Shown: piece by piece, positions 49,827 to 64,000 of the stretch
Layout of the letters: every line of letters starts with the position of its first letter
Position numbering within the stretch: position 1 is the stretch's first letter
Source: Octopus vulgaris
Taxonomy: Eukaryota
Assembly: GCA_951406725.2 (NCBI GenBank)
Contig: OX597843.1
Coordinates: forward strand, 20,770,001 to 20,834,000
Reading direction: 5' to 3'
Length of the DNA: 64,000 nucleotides
The notes under the pieces: generated by a model
Told to the model about the DNA's origin: nothing
Databases searched by the model: none
The model's input: the letters and a program-made list of their open reading frames with translations, nothing else
Program-made: the position numbers and the translations under genes

Positions 49827-52089
49827 ATTCAAATAAATTCTCCTCTCTGATCCACAGATCCAGTTCACAGATCCTTGATGATCCTACTAATGGACAGTAA
49901 AGACACACGAAACCTAGAAAAAAACCTCTATGAATAAATTATGTAAATGTCCCGCCCTGTGATTTTTATTTGTTCCTCAAGATGAAGGAGTTGAAGGGGA
50001 CTGTAACAGGGGTCCTGGAGACACTCTCTTTCAGATGAGATTTCAGCTTAGGTCTGTAGATTATTTTCGAAAGCTGCACCGTGAGAGGTTCCACAGTTTA
50101 ATGTGCCTCTTGGTTATCCAAACGATAATCGATGCGAGATGAAGAACTAATTTTAGTATAAATCATTTACGCAATTCGGTAGCTTAATAACACCTACGTT
50201 TGATAGGTCCGAAGACGTCAGTAGTAATACTGTTTGGAAACATGGCGGTTCTGTCCACTGACATGACAGGGGTTCCTCTGTCAAGCATCATGTCTATGTT
50301 ACCGTTGGTGAATGAATGAGGTTCAAACTAAGACTACGCCTGTCATATTGTTTCCTATGACGTCAACTCTATGCGTAAAGTGAATGAAGTATGGGTGCTA
50401 TGCCTTGCCAAAGTGCAATCCGTGTTTGGTCCACTGCAATGTTTTATCCATATTAAGCATACCCAAACCCTAAACCTAACCCTATATTTAGAAGCTCTTA
50501 CCCATTCTATCGCTTACAGTATACTCATATACAACAACAAGCTATAGAAGAGTACCTCTCTGTTAAATAATTTTGCTGAATTCAAATGTGGAATCCATTT
50601 TTTAGGATTACGTCTAGATTTCAAGATACCCAAACCCTCAATTTTCACTATTTTCCTCATATTTAAGGGGAAATATATTGGGAAATGTAGTACGAATGTC
50701 TATTATGGTTTATCGATTATTTTATTAAAGGTCTGGTGTAAACATCGGGTAATGAAATAATGGCCGCAGCGAGCATTAGTCCCAGGGTATTTTAATGTGA
50801 ATGAACAGACTTTAGTTCAGCCGGAGAAAATCATCCAACATCCATGTCTTATCAAGGCAGATTGTAACTAAATACGATGCTGGGATATTGAGGATCAGCA
50901 CTGAAGAAAACCATTCAAACACAAATTCATGAAAAAATAGGCATGAACAATAATGTAAACTGTCTGTAGAAATTTAGAGATATTTGCTAGCTTTTCAGTA
51001 GAAGTTCAAAAAATCCTAGTTTTGAAGACAATGCAATTTCTATGTATATTAGTACGTTCTTCATAAGCTGGTTTATTCGAAAACAAAACAAAGACATTCT
51101 CTGGATCCAGTATCTTACAATTCTGATGTGATCGTATTAAATTGATGTCCGTTTCGGATTCTGTGTGTCAAAAGACTCCCAGTTCGTCTCCAGTTATTTC
51201 GTTAGCCTGACGATATTTCCAAAGTATTGTCTTGAATAAAGTTTAAATTGTTTATACACCAAGAACGGAGATATATATTTTCATACCGTTGAATAAGGAC
51301 AGATTTCATATTTTCTTTCGAGTAGGAGTAAAGCAGGCTTGAAACCGATTCACAGGATGACCAAGTCTAGAGGGAAGGAGAAAAGATGGTATTCTTCAAC
51401 TGAAGAATGTTTAAGACAATATGGACTTCACTAAAGGCACTTAAAATTACTAGGTGGCGGTTTTGAACAGAGATGTGGTTTAAGACTACCATTGAAATAG
51501 GCCATTAGAGACAGAGAAAGGATACAGCATAGCCGTGGACATGGTGTTGAAACACGGCCATTTGTGATGTGCTGAAGATTAGACAAGTGTCCTTCACAAT
51601 CTTACTTGAAAACTTACACTTCGTTGAGCATTATTAGCAGTGAAGTTCTTTCTTGGCGAAAGTAGATCCTTTGCATAGCTAGTACGGTATTTTAAAGTCC
51701 AATCCTTCTCTTTGCAGCCAAAACTTCAGACCATTTACAATGCTCAAGTGAAACACACAATGAAGAAATCTTTCTACACCTGGAAGGGTGATACACATCC
51801 GGGATTGCATCGAAAGAAGGGTGACGTGGCTAAATTTTACTCTATCCCTAATAGACATACTCTAACAGCTATCTCGCAGGCAGGATATCTTCTCTTTGTT
51901 TTGCCACTGTCACTGTCATGCTACAGATTCTTGTAGGAGTTGGCTGAGCTCTTGACCCCACCAAGCAGGTACTACCGACTCACTCATCTATTCCTTTGCT
52001 CCTCGATCTTAAACATCAGTTCGTTTTCAGTATGAACCTCTGTGCTAAACACTTCAACCTCTTCATCATTCCTGTAAATGTTTGCCTGT

Positions 52090-52641
52090 AGCATCTTAAA
52101 CGGAACGTTCATGGTATCTATCTCAGATTTCATTCAATTCACGCTTAAATTATGAAAGATGAAAATACCTAACTTATTAAACAGAACATTGATTTTGCTA
52201 TTCCACATCTCCAGATTTACGAGGTTTAAAGAATAGCATTAAAAAAACATTGCTATTTGCTTTACATTAGGATTTCTCAAATGGTCAAAACGTTCCAAAT
52301 TTGTTGACAAATGGGACTGATCGAATGAATCGATGCAGTTTAGTATTTGAATATTTGATTATAACTTGAAGTGATTAATGCTGTGATGCGAAGAGCGAGA
52401 GAAAAGATGGAGTAGAGGGAAGAAGCGGGTAAGGTGAAGAGCGAGAGAAAAACAGGCAGAGAGAGAAGGAGGGAGAGGAAAAGAGGGTAAGAGAAGCGTC
52501 TATGACGTGTGGTAGGGGGAACGTAATAGTTATTACGTGGTTAAAAATGTTGGTTGAAGGTAGTGATATAGAGGAGAGTGAGAAACAGAATTGTAGCAGA
52601 GGATCGATGTTCTGATGGTGAGATTAAAGATAGGCAGAGAA

Positions 52642-52688
<47 letters not shown>

Positions 52689-53111
52689 AAGAGAGAGAGA
52701 GATGATGATGATGAATGTGTTGGTGGTGTTAGTGGTGGTGGAGGTGGTGGAGGTTGCGTTGGTGAGTGTATGCGAAGAGTGTAATGTTTGTAATTGATAT
52801 ATTTTTTTAATACCACCTATTACTTAAAGCATGCGCATAAGTGCAGTCGTCTGCTCGCTTGAAAAATGTTATTTGTTTATAAAGCAAAGATGAGAGACGA
52901 TGTAAGCGAACAACAGAAAGAATGAAACCAAATGGGCAATGGCACCAAGAGAAGCAGAGGGTCTTATCCAGAAGGACTGAAGGTGTTTTAAAACGACAAT
53001 TATGTAGAATATACAATTTATAAAGGAGCGCTAATTTTTATGTCTCCACATAAACTTACAACCATCTAAAAACTTTCGCATTTGCCGCGGAATTTCTACG
53101 GGTGCTGCTAG
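52090..53111 (+). mobile_element. Helitron 3' terminus and body (mirror copy)
   Basis: Hairpin ccgcggaatttctacgg at 53085-53101, CTAG at 53108-53111, followed by T. Confidence 0.62.
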
Positions 53112-53489
53112 TGTATTAAAGAATTACTCTGTTTATGCTGCTCCATCTCTCCAGACGTGAAATCTTTTAAAAACACTTAAAAATTACATAAGTTTTCAGG
53201 TGAATCGAGACATATTCATCTGCAGAAACTTCACCTGAACTTGCATAATTCTTTAGGACCAATAATTGATACGTGTTTATTGTTTGTGATAACGTAAATT
53301 TCACTTTTGACATTCTATTACAAATAAAATTTTCTTAAGTTGCTCATACAACACTTTTTCGCATTCTTCATTTACGTATTTTAAGAATTTGACAGTTTGA
53401 GCGCATCTCTTTATTATCTGCACTTTAAACCATCAGTTTAACTTTTAATTGCATAAATAATTATTTCTTCTCTCTCTCTTTGTCTCTCT

Positions 53490-53532
<43 letters not shown>

Positions 53533-53534
<2 letters not shown>

Positions 53535-53862
53535 CGTAGGAGTGGCTGTGTGGTAATTATCTTGCTTACGAACCACATGGTTCCGGGTTCAGTCCCACTT
53601 TGTGGCACCTTTGGCAAGTGTCTTCTGCTATAACCTCAGGCCGATTTGTGAGTAGATTTCATTGACAGAAACTGAAAGAAGCCTGTCGTATGTAAGTATA
53701 TATATATGTATGTGTGTATGTATATGTTTGTGTGTCTGTGTTTTTCTTCCCAACATCGCCTGACAACCGATACTGGTGTGTTTACGTCTTAGCGGTTCAG
53801 AAAAAGAAACCGATAGAATAAGTACTAGGCTTACAAAGAATAAGTTCTGAGGTCGATTTGAT
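53533..53862 (+). mobile_element. SINE family A (mirror copy)
   Basis: Reverse complement of 13022-13351. Confidence 0.88.
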
Positions 53863-53894
53863 CGATGTTTCTTTATCTCTCTCCCCTTAATACC

Positions 53895-54790
53895 ACTCGC
53901 GGTACAAAATTGATCAGTGTGTCCAATCTCAGCAAAATCCGAAGAAAAATGGTAAGGTTATATCATAAAACAGATTCCATGTGACCATTTACACGAAAAT
54001 ATCCCATTGACATTTAAATCTTAGTACATTATATGAATAACGGATGTTTCATACGTCGAAGTGCTTAATTTTGCTCACGGTTTAAATTTTCTTCAAAATC
54101 AGTTCATTATTTTATTGTGAATGATTTGAGGATTTTTGCTTCTCGCTTGTTTAATTTTAATTCTTCTACATGTCTCCGACATTAAACTTTCCCTAAAAGT
54201 GAAAGCTCATCAAAATCGGATGAATTCTGTAAAAGTTACTGTATAAAATAATAATCCTATGGGTGATTGCATGCAAAAACCCTATTGATTTCTTAAAATC
54301 CTCTGCTCACGCGCAGATATCGATTATTTGTCAACTCTTCATGCTGGCATCAACTAATACACATGAACTATAATCACGTATAAAATTTCTATAAAATCGA
54401 TAAGAATGTGTCTAAGAATATGCTTATTTGCATTTATGCCTATTTCAAGCCATTTTGAATTAAATAAATACCTTTTCCGTCTCCCCCACCAATCATTTAC
54501 CTATATCTCAAATTTCATTAAAATCGGATAAAAAACATGAAATTTACGGCCAAAAATAAAGCCCCTACTGGAATTGGCACTCTAAACACCTATTGATTTT
54601 AGAAAACCACTTCTCTGGCGCAATTAGCGATTCTTTTCAACGTCATATACTGAGATCAACTTACTGCCGTCAGCCTCGCTCACTCATCGATCTTCATCAG
54701 AATCGGACAAAAAATGCAAAAGCTGCAGGAAAATAACATCAGTATAGGAAAAAGCGAGGACATTGAACAAACTATTTAAGATGTCGCCAT
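53895..54790. mobile_element. CCGATTTTGATGAA-motif repeat (mirror copy of 12100-12990)
   Basis: Reverse complement of 12100-12990. Confidence 0.55.
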
Positions 54791-56447
54791 TGTTCTCAAA
54801 TTACGTTTCACTTCGTTTGAAAAGAAAGAAAGTGTGGATTATAATGGTGGTCACTGAATTCCCAAATTTTTCATTAAAAACTTTTATAAATGCGTCGTTC
54901 AAAAGCATTGGCCAAATTCGGTACCGATTGGGATAGGGAATGTGAAAAAAAGATCAACACACATTAAGACAATTTCTAAAGAGCTTCCTGCCATCATCTG
55001 CAACGTTGAGGTGAAAAAAATGGAAAATCCTCACCAGAACGCAGAAAAGGTATCTTATGAGGGAATGCTGTACCAAAAGTCTACCAAAATATTCTGTTGT
55101 GGGATTCGCTCGGCAACGAAGGGATATTTATCTAGAGTATATAGATATATGCGTATGTGTGTGTAGGGAATAGCGTAGACACAATACAGGCTACATAAGC
55201 TTCATAGCTAAGAGAACCACGAAAGTAGAATATTATCCTAACATGGGGTATACCACAAGCTACTCTTCAGTCAAAGGATATCTTGATTTTGTGAAGTTTA
55301 CATTCTCGTTAGAATCCCCGTGTAAACTCGTTGGGAATTTGATCAAAATGCAAAGAAAGGACAGTTCGGGAGGAAAACAGTTGAGCAGAAGGAAAATGCA
55401 AATAAAATAGAAGAAATCCTATGTATAAGAATGAGAACGTTTGTTACTGATTAAGGAGTGTACGAAGACAAGGTTTGATATGGAAATTGGCTGGCGAGTG
55501 GCTTTATGCACGTATTCCGGGGTCATTCACGGGTCCGTTGTAGGATAGATAAGTAAACATATTGTAGCATTATATATAGCCATTTAAAACAGAATTATAG
55601 GATGAAGATATAGGTGTAGTATTTGAAGTGGATAGAATGGTGTTTGAAGGAGAGGAAGGCGGAAGATAGTGTATTTACGTTGTAAAATAATAGACCACTG
55701 TTTGCTCGTCGAGTTGGTAGAACTAATTTGGCTTTAAAATCTAAGGACGGCGAGTGAAGTGGGAGATAGTAGTAGTAGTAGCTTTCATCTGAGATTATTA
55801 TGTGAGTGCGTATTAGTTCACACGCGCGTATATGGTGTGCGTCTGTAGAATCTAGTGGTTGTGTACGCGTGCCAGGGTCTTTGTATATTATCATATACTG
55901 AGGGATGTGTGTAGAGAGAGAAGAGTTAAGAAAATTTATGACGTATAAACGATAAGGAAAACAGTTTGGGAATTAAAAAATGAAAGAATAAAACTTTTAG
56001 GAAATGTTTACCAATATGTATGCAGAATAATAATGACATAAATATAATAATTCTATGACATATTGATTGTAAAATTAATATATTAATATCTTTTATAAAC
56101 ATCTTTTATATATTATATTTATATTCTATATTTTAATTTTGATATACTATCTGTTGTGAATAGCAGAATACACCTAATCTAATATTAATAATAATAATAT
56201 TAGTAATAACTGAATATTATATATACTTATGGATGTAAATGTGTATGTATGTTTCAGTATATATTTATATATATAGAGTGGATGTATACTCACAACATGA
56301 GGGCTAAACAGCGGTGGTGTAATTCCCTTACGGGACAGTTACGTTATGTTGACAGTATACAACCACACCTTCGCTCCACCACCGCTCATGTCTCTTCGAG
56401 ACATTTAGAAATTTAATATTTCTGATATATATATGTATATATATATA

Positions 56448-56683
56448 TACTCTTTTACTCTTTTACTTGTTTCAGTCATTTGACTGCGGCCATGCTGGTG
56501 CACCGCCTTTAATCGAGCAACTCAACCCCGGGACTTATTCTTTGTAAGCCCAGTACTTATTCGATCGGTCCCTTTTGCCGAACCACTAAGTGAGGGGACA
56601 TAAACAAGCGATACAAGCGATACAAGCGATACACAGACATACAAACACACGCGCGCATACAAACACACACATACACACAACAA

Positions 56684-56726
<43 letters not shown>

Positions 56727-56897
56727 CATATATACATATATACGTCGGGCTTCTTTCAGTTTCCATCTACCAAATACACTCACAAGGCTTTGGTCAGCCC
56801 GAGGCTATAGTAGAAGACACCCACCAAAGGTGCCACGCAGTGGGACTGAACCCGGAACCATGTGGCTGGTAAACAAGCTACTTACCACACAGCCACT
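56448..56897 (-). mobile_element. SINE family A (mirror copy)
   Basis: Reverse complement of 9982-10435 with a different microsatellite and a local (ACAAGCGAT)x3 expansion near 56604-56630. Confidence 0.88.
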
Positions 56898-56926
56898 GTA
56901 TATATATAATTATGTATAACCATATA

Positions 56927-56968
<42 letters not shown>

Positions 56969-57555
56969 ATTAATTATGTATAACCATATATGTATGTATG
57001 TACGTATGTATATATGTATATATACATGTATGTATGTATATACATATATGTATGTATGTATATACATTTACGTACATGAAGCCCAGTTACAACTGCAGCC
57101 GGCTATTACCAGTAAAGGTTTTAGTTGCCAATTTGGTACAAGACATTGTAGATCTTTAGCTGGGCCAAAAAGTCACATTCGACCACAGAACCAGTAACAG
57201 TTAAGCTTCGTGTAATGGCCATATTCGATAACGAGGGAGCAGCCATAATATATATATATATATATATTCAAATGTGTGTATGTATTTTGTTTATTTTATA
57301 TTCATGTTTATAATTATTATTGTACTTGATAATCTCTGAGGAACCCTGGAGATATATACAAGTACCTCATTGTCATCTGCCTATTACCTCAATACACTTG
57401 ATTAATAAACGCAGAATGAGATACTTTTATCTATGGGCTGAAATTATTTTACTAATTTATATTCATGTTGTTCAATAATTACTTGTATCCTTATCTTATA
57501 TGCTATATGTATGTATGTTATTATAATTATGTATGTTATTATGATTAGTTTAGTG

Positions 57556-60500
57556 TTCGATTCGACACTCTTCCAGCAGCTCCTGCAACCTTGCTGGTGC
57601 CAAACGTAATGCTCTGCACCCCTTTGGACTACATCATCAAGGTCGAGAGAAGAATCCTGACGATTGGGCTACCCAGGATTTTCTTAATTCTAGCCCAGGC
57701 CTGCGCAAAACTAGAGAGGACACTTCAGTGCTGCTGTAAAACGTGGCAGAAAAAATACGGGAGTTAACCGTCACGGGCGATAAGTCCATTGACATTGGCG
57801 TCCGATATGGGTTCCACGGGACACCTCTGACCGTGAGAGGGACATCCATGTCCCATTGGTTAGCTACTGCCTATCTAAAGCTGGGCAGCCCCCAGTTAAT
57901 AAGTTGCTGACCCGCCACAGGTCGCCTACTTCATTGGGTGCTTGGAGCTAAGAGTTTGACTTGAAAACACTTCAAAATTACATGAGGTCGGCACCAGGCA
58001 AACAACTAAAAGACAAGAAACCACCAGTCCTACGGTTAGGAAGCTGGAATGTCAGGGCCATGTGCCCTGGTATATCTGATGATCTACTCAGGGTTGAAGA
58101 CACAAGAAAGACGGCCATCATTGACCATGAACTAGAGAGGCTTAACATAGACACTGCTGGGCTGCAGGAGACAAGACTCCCCTCAAACGGCAAACTCAAA
58201 GAACAGGATTTCACCTTCTTTTGGCAGGGAAGCGTTCCAGAAGAACCTCGTCAGCATGGCGTTGGCTTTGCAGTGAGAAATTCATTACTCTCCTCAATAG
58301 AACCACCATCAGGAGACACTGAGCGTATCCTCTCACTGCGCCTCTCGACTTCTTCTGGCTCAGTACATCTACCCAGCTTCTATGCTCCCGCTGTCTACGG
58401 CTCAGAGGAGACCAAGTACCAGTTCTATAAAGATCTCAACTGTGTCATTAAAAATATACCAACAAATGAAAACATCTACCTTTTAGGAGATTTTCTCGCT
58501 CACGTGGGATCTGACCATGATTCGTGGCCCATTTGTGTTGGACACCCTGATATTGGCAACATGAATGACAATGGTGAGAGACTACTTGAATTTTGCACAT
58601 ACCATAACCTGTGCGTCACCAACACATTCTTTGCCAACAAGACATCCCACAAGACATCTTGGAGTCATTCAAGATCTCACTACTGGCATCAGCTGGATCT
58701 CATTATCACACGAAGTTCCTTTCTGAATTCTATTCAACTCACCCGTACTTACCACAGCACGGATTGTGTCACAGATCACTCACTAATTAGAAGCAGGGTG
58801 ACGATCCTGCTTAAAAAGTCCATCACTCCAAGAAAATGGGCCGACCACGCATTAACACTGCCAGAACATCGGACCCTACACTGCGAAAATGTTTTGCTGT
58901 TTCTATCAAGTTTGCCCTCAGTAGCTGCCCAACCTCCTTTGCTGAAAGTAGGTGGAATTATATCAGGAAAGCTTTGTATACCACATCAATAGATACTTTC
59001 GGCATGAGAGAAAGGCAAGATCGAGATTAGTTCAGAGCTGGAACCAGTTATCGAAGCAAAGCGTGCAGCTCTGATGCAATACAAGAGTGATTCTTCTACA
59101 ACATCACTCGAAGAACTCAGAAAGGCAAAAAATATAACCCAACTGACAGTCAGACATTGTGCAAATAGGTATTGGCAGGAAATCTGTCAGAGTATCCAGT
59201 CAGCTACCGACAGCGGCGATACCCGTGGAATGTATGCCGGTTTGAAGAAGGCCCTCGGTCCATCCGCAACCAAGTCAGCTCCTCTGAAATCAACTACTGG
59301 AGATCTCATCAAGGACCAAAGGAAGCAAATGGATAGATGGGTGGAGTACTACCAGGATCTCTACTCACGGCAGACCACGGTAGCTGAGGTTGCAATCGAG
59401 AGTGTCAAGATCTTGCAAGTTATGAGCGAACTTGACAGTCCGCCATCTATAGAAGAGCTATAGACGCCCTAGAAAGGGTATTGACACCTTAGCAAGTAGC
59501 AAATCTCCGGGAAAAGACGGCATCCCCTCAGAGTTCATCAAAGCCGGCAAAAACACAATCCTGCTTCGGCACCTTCATGAGCTTCTGTATCAGTGCTGGG
59601 AAGAGCGTACAGTCTCTCAGGATATGCGGGATGCTAACATCATTACGCTTTACAAAAACAAAGGTGACCGTGGTGATTGTAACAATTACCGTGGAATATC
59701 TCATCTACGTACTGTTGGAAGGACCTTTGCTCGCGTTATCCTGTCCAGGCTACAACTGCTTACTTTTCGAATTTATCCGAAATCGCAGTGTGGCTTTAGA
59801 AGAAGCTGATCAACTACTGACATGATATTCTCCATACGCCAACTTCAGGAGAAGTCCAGAGAACAGAAAATGCCATTATATATGACCTTCATTGATCTGA
59901 CAAAGGCCTTTGACTCTGTAAGTAGAAAAGGCCTCTTCATTCTGCTCCAAAAAATCGAATGTCCACCAAAGCTGCTGAGGATCATCAAATCTTTCCATGA
60001 TGATATGCAAGGCACCATACAGCACAATGGATCAACATCAGCCGCCTTCCAAATAAAAAACGGAGTAAAGCAAGGTTGTGTCCTTGTTCCTACATTATTT
60101 AGCATCTTCTCGTTGCTGCTCTCACATGCCTTTCAGACATCAAATGATGGAGTGTTTCTGCAGAGTAGAAGTGACGGGAGACTGTTCAGTCTCTCGCGCC
60201 TGCGTGGCAAGACCAAAATAAGAAGCGTCCTGATCAAGGAAATGATGCAGCTCTGGTATCACACACAGAAGAAGCCCTACAAAGGCTCATCACCTGTTGT
60301 GAGTAGGCATGTAAAGACTTTGGCTTACCTATCAGCCTCAAGAAGACCAACGTCATGGGTCGGGCTACACCGGACATCCCAAACATACATATTGGAGACC
60401 ACAGATTACAGGAGGTGGGGAAGTTTTACCTATCTTGGCTCTACCAACACCTACAACCTATCCCTTGATGCTGAGCTCAATCTACGCATTGGCAAGGCAG

Positions 60501-61250
60501 CTGCTGTGATGACCCAACTCTCTCTCCAAACGGGCATGGGACAACAATAAGCTGACCAAGAACACAAAAATGAAGATTTACCAGGCATGTGTACTGAGCA
60601 CTCTACTGTATGGAAGTGAGACTTGGACGCTATACACACGCCAAGAGCGTCGCCTAAATATCTTTCATTTGCGCTGCCTCCGGAAAATCCTTCGCATCAG
60701 ATGGCATAACCATCTCCCCAACAAAGATGTCCTCAAGCAAGCAGGAAGACCAAGCATGTTTGCACTCCTCACACAAAGACGTATGAGATGGCTTGGGCAT
60801 GATAACCGTATGGAAGATGGCAGAATCCCCAAGGACATACTCTACGGAGAGCTTGCTAGGGGCACTAGGTCTGTGGGAAGACCGCTCTTACGTTACAAGG
60901 ATGTTTGCAAAAGGGTAATAAATGCCTGCAACATCAATATTACCAACTGTCAAGCAGTTGCCAGCAACCGTGGAGATTGTCGACGTACCGTAAAAGAGGT
61001 ACACAATGGAGTGACAGAGAGAGGAGAAATGGAAATACAAGAAAAGATGTCAACAAGAAATTATGACATTACAACCAGCCAGGCAAAGTCTTCGCTACAT
61101 TTGCGGTGCCTGCCGGAGGGAGTGTTTGTCCAGGATAGGACTACACAGCCACAGCAGGAGATGTATTAGGATATGAAATGTAAAAACCGGACTAGATTAT
61201 TTTATGCGCAACTCCATTGTCTCCCGAGACAAAAAGGATACCAAAAACAA
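57556..61250 (+). mobile_element. RTE-clade LINE (mirror copy)
   Basis: ORFs 57961-58992 (APE), 59624-60550 (RT) and 60570-61169 (C-terminus). Confidence 0.93.
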
Positions 61251-61343
61251 TTATAATTATCAGTTAAACAAATAAATAAGTTAATATTTCTAATGTCCTA
61301 AAGTTGATGAACCAACTATTGTTCTCCTCCATTTTCTTACGTG

Positions 61344-61441
<98 letters not shown>

Positions 61442-62395
61442 GTATATTTATGTATGTATGTATATATGAGGAGGCAAAACTATAGGTAAATTTGTTGTTC
61501 ACAATGCACCATAATTTAAAAAACTTGTAATTGGTTTTAAATAACCTTATTTACATACATACAAAACTAGTTTCAACAATATTTTGGGTTTATCAATGGT
61601 AAAAATTTAAAATAATGAACGAAAAAAACATGTTTCAATGTTTACAAGTTTCAGTAATATGAAATATGATTTAAATATTCATAACATTCAATAATATAAA
61701 AGATGTGGAATATCTTGGTTAAAAGCATAAAATTCAAAAGATTGATAAGAAATGTGTATCATCAGAGTTTCGGCCATACAGGGTAAAGAAGGAGAAAAAC
61801 AAGGGAGTAATGGAGATAGTGGAAAAATGGAAATCTTTGAGCAGAGTCCCTGTGAATCATTTTCCGTCGTGTGCAAGGACTTTTGCTTGTAACGGCGCTT
61901 TTTGGAATTGGATGTGTTTACAATTTTTTTCCGTGAACCGATCTGATATTTGCTTCATTAAATTACAAGTGACCTCTAATTTTTCTGGTGGGCAAGGTGG
62001 TGGTTCTGCCTGATGGGCTTCCCATTGGGGGACGGGCATAAGCCATTCCAGCTGATTGATTCTCTTAAAGCGTCACTTTGTTGTGTTTGCTCAAGTTCGG
62101 TTCTGATCAGATGTATAATTTCAATGATTTATGTGACATCAGCAACTGGTGTTTATATGGTGTTATTGTATGGCGATTCGGATTTGCCATTTCGATACCT
62201 GTGTTGAAGACTGTTACTAAAGATTTTTGAATTATGTCTGTTGTATCTCAGTTTTTTATTGTGGAAAAATTGTTTCTTTTTCCTTTTTCTGTTTAGTGTT
62301 TAAACAGAGGTGAATAAGAGAGAATGAATTAAACGATATTCTTTATTCTAAAACACTACCATTGTATATTGTTCAGATGATATAATTAATATATA

Positions 62396-62671
62396 GCGCA
62401 TGGCTCTGTGGTTAGAGCGTGGAGCTTATAATCGTGCTGCGTGTTGAGTTCTTGAGCAAGACCCTTTCTTTCGCGTTGCTCCAGTTCAATCAGCTGTAAA
62501 AATGAGTTGCGACGACACAGGTTCCAAGTTGTATCAGCCTCTTTGCCTTTCCCTTAGATAAAGAGGGAGGCCGATATGCTGGTCTTCCATAAACAACATT
62601 GCCCGGACTTGTGCCTGGGAGGGTACTTTTTAGGTGCAATCCCACGGTCAGTCATGACCGACGGGGATCTC
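62396..62671 (+). mobile_element. SINE family C (mirror copy)
   Basis: Reverse complement of 4141-4415. Confidence 0.65.
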
Positions 62672-62916
62672 AGCTTAATTCTTACCATATATCGTAGGAG
62701 TAAAATATGCTTTTAGGTGAGTATTTCAATAAGTTCTACGTTAGATCAAACTATCATTTCACAGACACATGTTCCACCTTTGATGAATGGCAGTGATCAC
62801 ACAAGATATTAACCATATCTCATCAATGGAATACGGGTGTGATGTGTTGACACAATTGCAGGGATATGGAATAAAGAATGTCGTTGAAACCATTCGCTTA
62901 TTCCTCATCAGTTTCG

Positions 62917-62950
<34 letters not shown>

Positions 62951-63342
62951 TGTATGTATGTATGTATGTATGTATGTATGTATGTATGTATGTATGTATG
63001 TATGTATGTATGCATGCCTGCATGCATGTATGCATGCATGTATGTAAGTATGTATGTATGTATGTATATACCATTCTTTCCTCTTTTACTTGTTTCAGTA
63101 AGTTGATTACTTTGCAGCAGGAGAATCACCTTGAAGTATGTAACTCGAACGAATCGAGACCACTAACTATTCTCTTAAACCCTGGTACTTACCCTGTCGG
63201 CCGCTTATGCGAAATCGCTAACTGACGAGGAATTAAACGCACTAACATAGGTTGTGAAGAAGTAGTGAGTACAAACATAGAGACTAAGTCACACACACAC
63301 TCGCACACATATGTACATTATATGAATATATATATATTTATA

Positions 63343-63752
63343 GGCGCAGGAGTGGCTGTGTGGTAAGTAGCTTGCTTACCAACCACATGGTTCCGGGTTC
63401 AGTCCCACTGCGTGGCATCTTGGGCAAGTGTCTTCTACTATAGCCTCGGGCCGACCAAAGCCTTGTGAGTGGATTTATTAGACGGAAACGGAAAAGAAGC
63501 GCCTCGTATATATGTATATATATATGCGTGTGTGTGTATGTTTGTGTGTCTGTGTTTGTCCCCCTAGCATTGCTTGACCACCGATGCTGGTGTGTTTACG
63601 TCGCTTTCAATTAGCGGTTCGGGAAAAGAGACCGATAGAATAAGTACTGAGCTTACAAAGAATAAGTCCCGGGGTCGATTTGCTTGACTAAAAGGCGGTG
63701 CTCCAGCGTGGCCGCAGTCAAATGACTGAAACAAGTAAAAGAGTAAAGAGTA
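63343..63752 (+). mobile_element. SINE family A (mirror copy, full length)
   Basis: GGCGCAGGAGTGGCTGTGTGG head through the GAGTAAA tail. Retains about 10 bp that are deleted near 3167 in the left copy. Confidence 0.9.
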
Positions 63753-64000
63753 TATGCAAGAGTTACGACTCTACTCCATGGAGCGAAAACCGGAGAGGTA
63801 TGTAGTGATATGTGTGGAAGTTACTAGGGAATCTGGTATCAAACTTTGGAATTCAGATTTATACCAGACCTCGAATTGGACATCACTGCACGGTTCCAAA
63901 AGTCCCGGCTCTCTCATATAATATTAGGAGAATGTACTGCAATAGTTTGGAGTTCAAGTGCTCACAGATATTTAACGCCTTGCCAACACATCTGAGGAGA
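63753..64000 (+). mobile_element. CR1/L2-group LINE fragment (mirror copy, cut by the window end)
   Basis: Reverse complement of 2822-3068. Confidence 0.7.

Larger units (their letters stand above)
34206..64000. repeat. Right arm of the inverted duplication (extends past the window end)
   Basis: Colinear reverse complement of 2822-32980. Coordinate sums of paired positions stay near 66820-67190 and shift only at visible indels. Confidence 0.98.

Overview
This is AT-rich, microsatellite-rich animal DNA. The SINE families and repeat landscape look like an octopus or other cephalopod genome (inference). I find no credible host protein-coding gene: every convincing ORF is transposon-derived and almost all are broken. 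The dominant structure is a roughly 30 kb inverted duplication. Positions 2822-32980 reappear reverse-complemented at 34206-64000 (running off the window end), separated by about 1.1 kb of unique spacer and a 100-N scaffold gap (34106-34205). Each arm holds the same nested set: a CR1-like fragment, tRNA-derived SINEs, an RTE LINE, a HERO-like RLE retrotransposon, a Neptune-type Penelope-like element, a Tx1-like LINE, and a Helitron Rep gene interrupted by a Gypsy LTR element with a recognisable 5-bp target-site duplication. Arm-to-arm divergence is clearly layered: moderate in the outer part, near zero in the middle, highest near the centre. This fits either two haplotypes scaffolded back-to-back or a real palindrome with patchy gene conversion. 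The most specific novel signal is a 40-nt minimal type I hammerhead ribozyme with a compensatory U3-A8 core in the 3' region of the Penelope-like element (20896-20935 minus, 45959-45998 plus). Other notable items are a loopless 700-bp foldback at 1990-2686, a 225-bp microhomology deletion that removes the stop codon from one Penelope copy, and a 31-bp inverted segment at the Penelope 5' junction. All identities and boundaries were read by eye; no searches were run.
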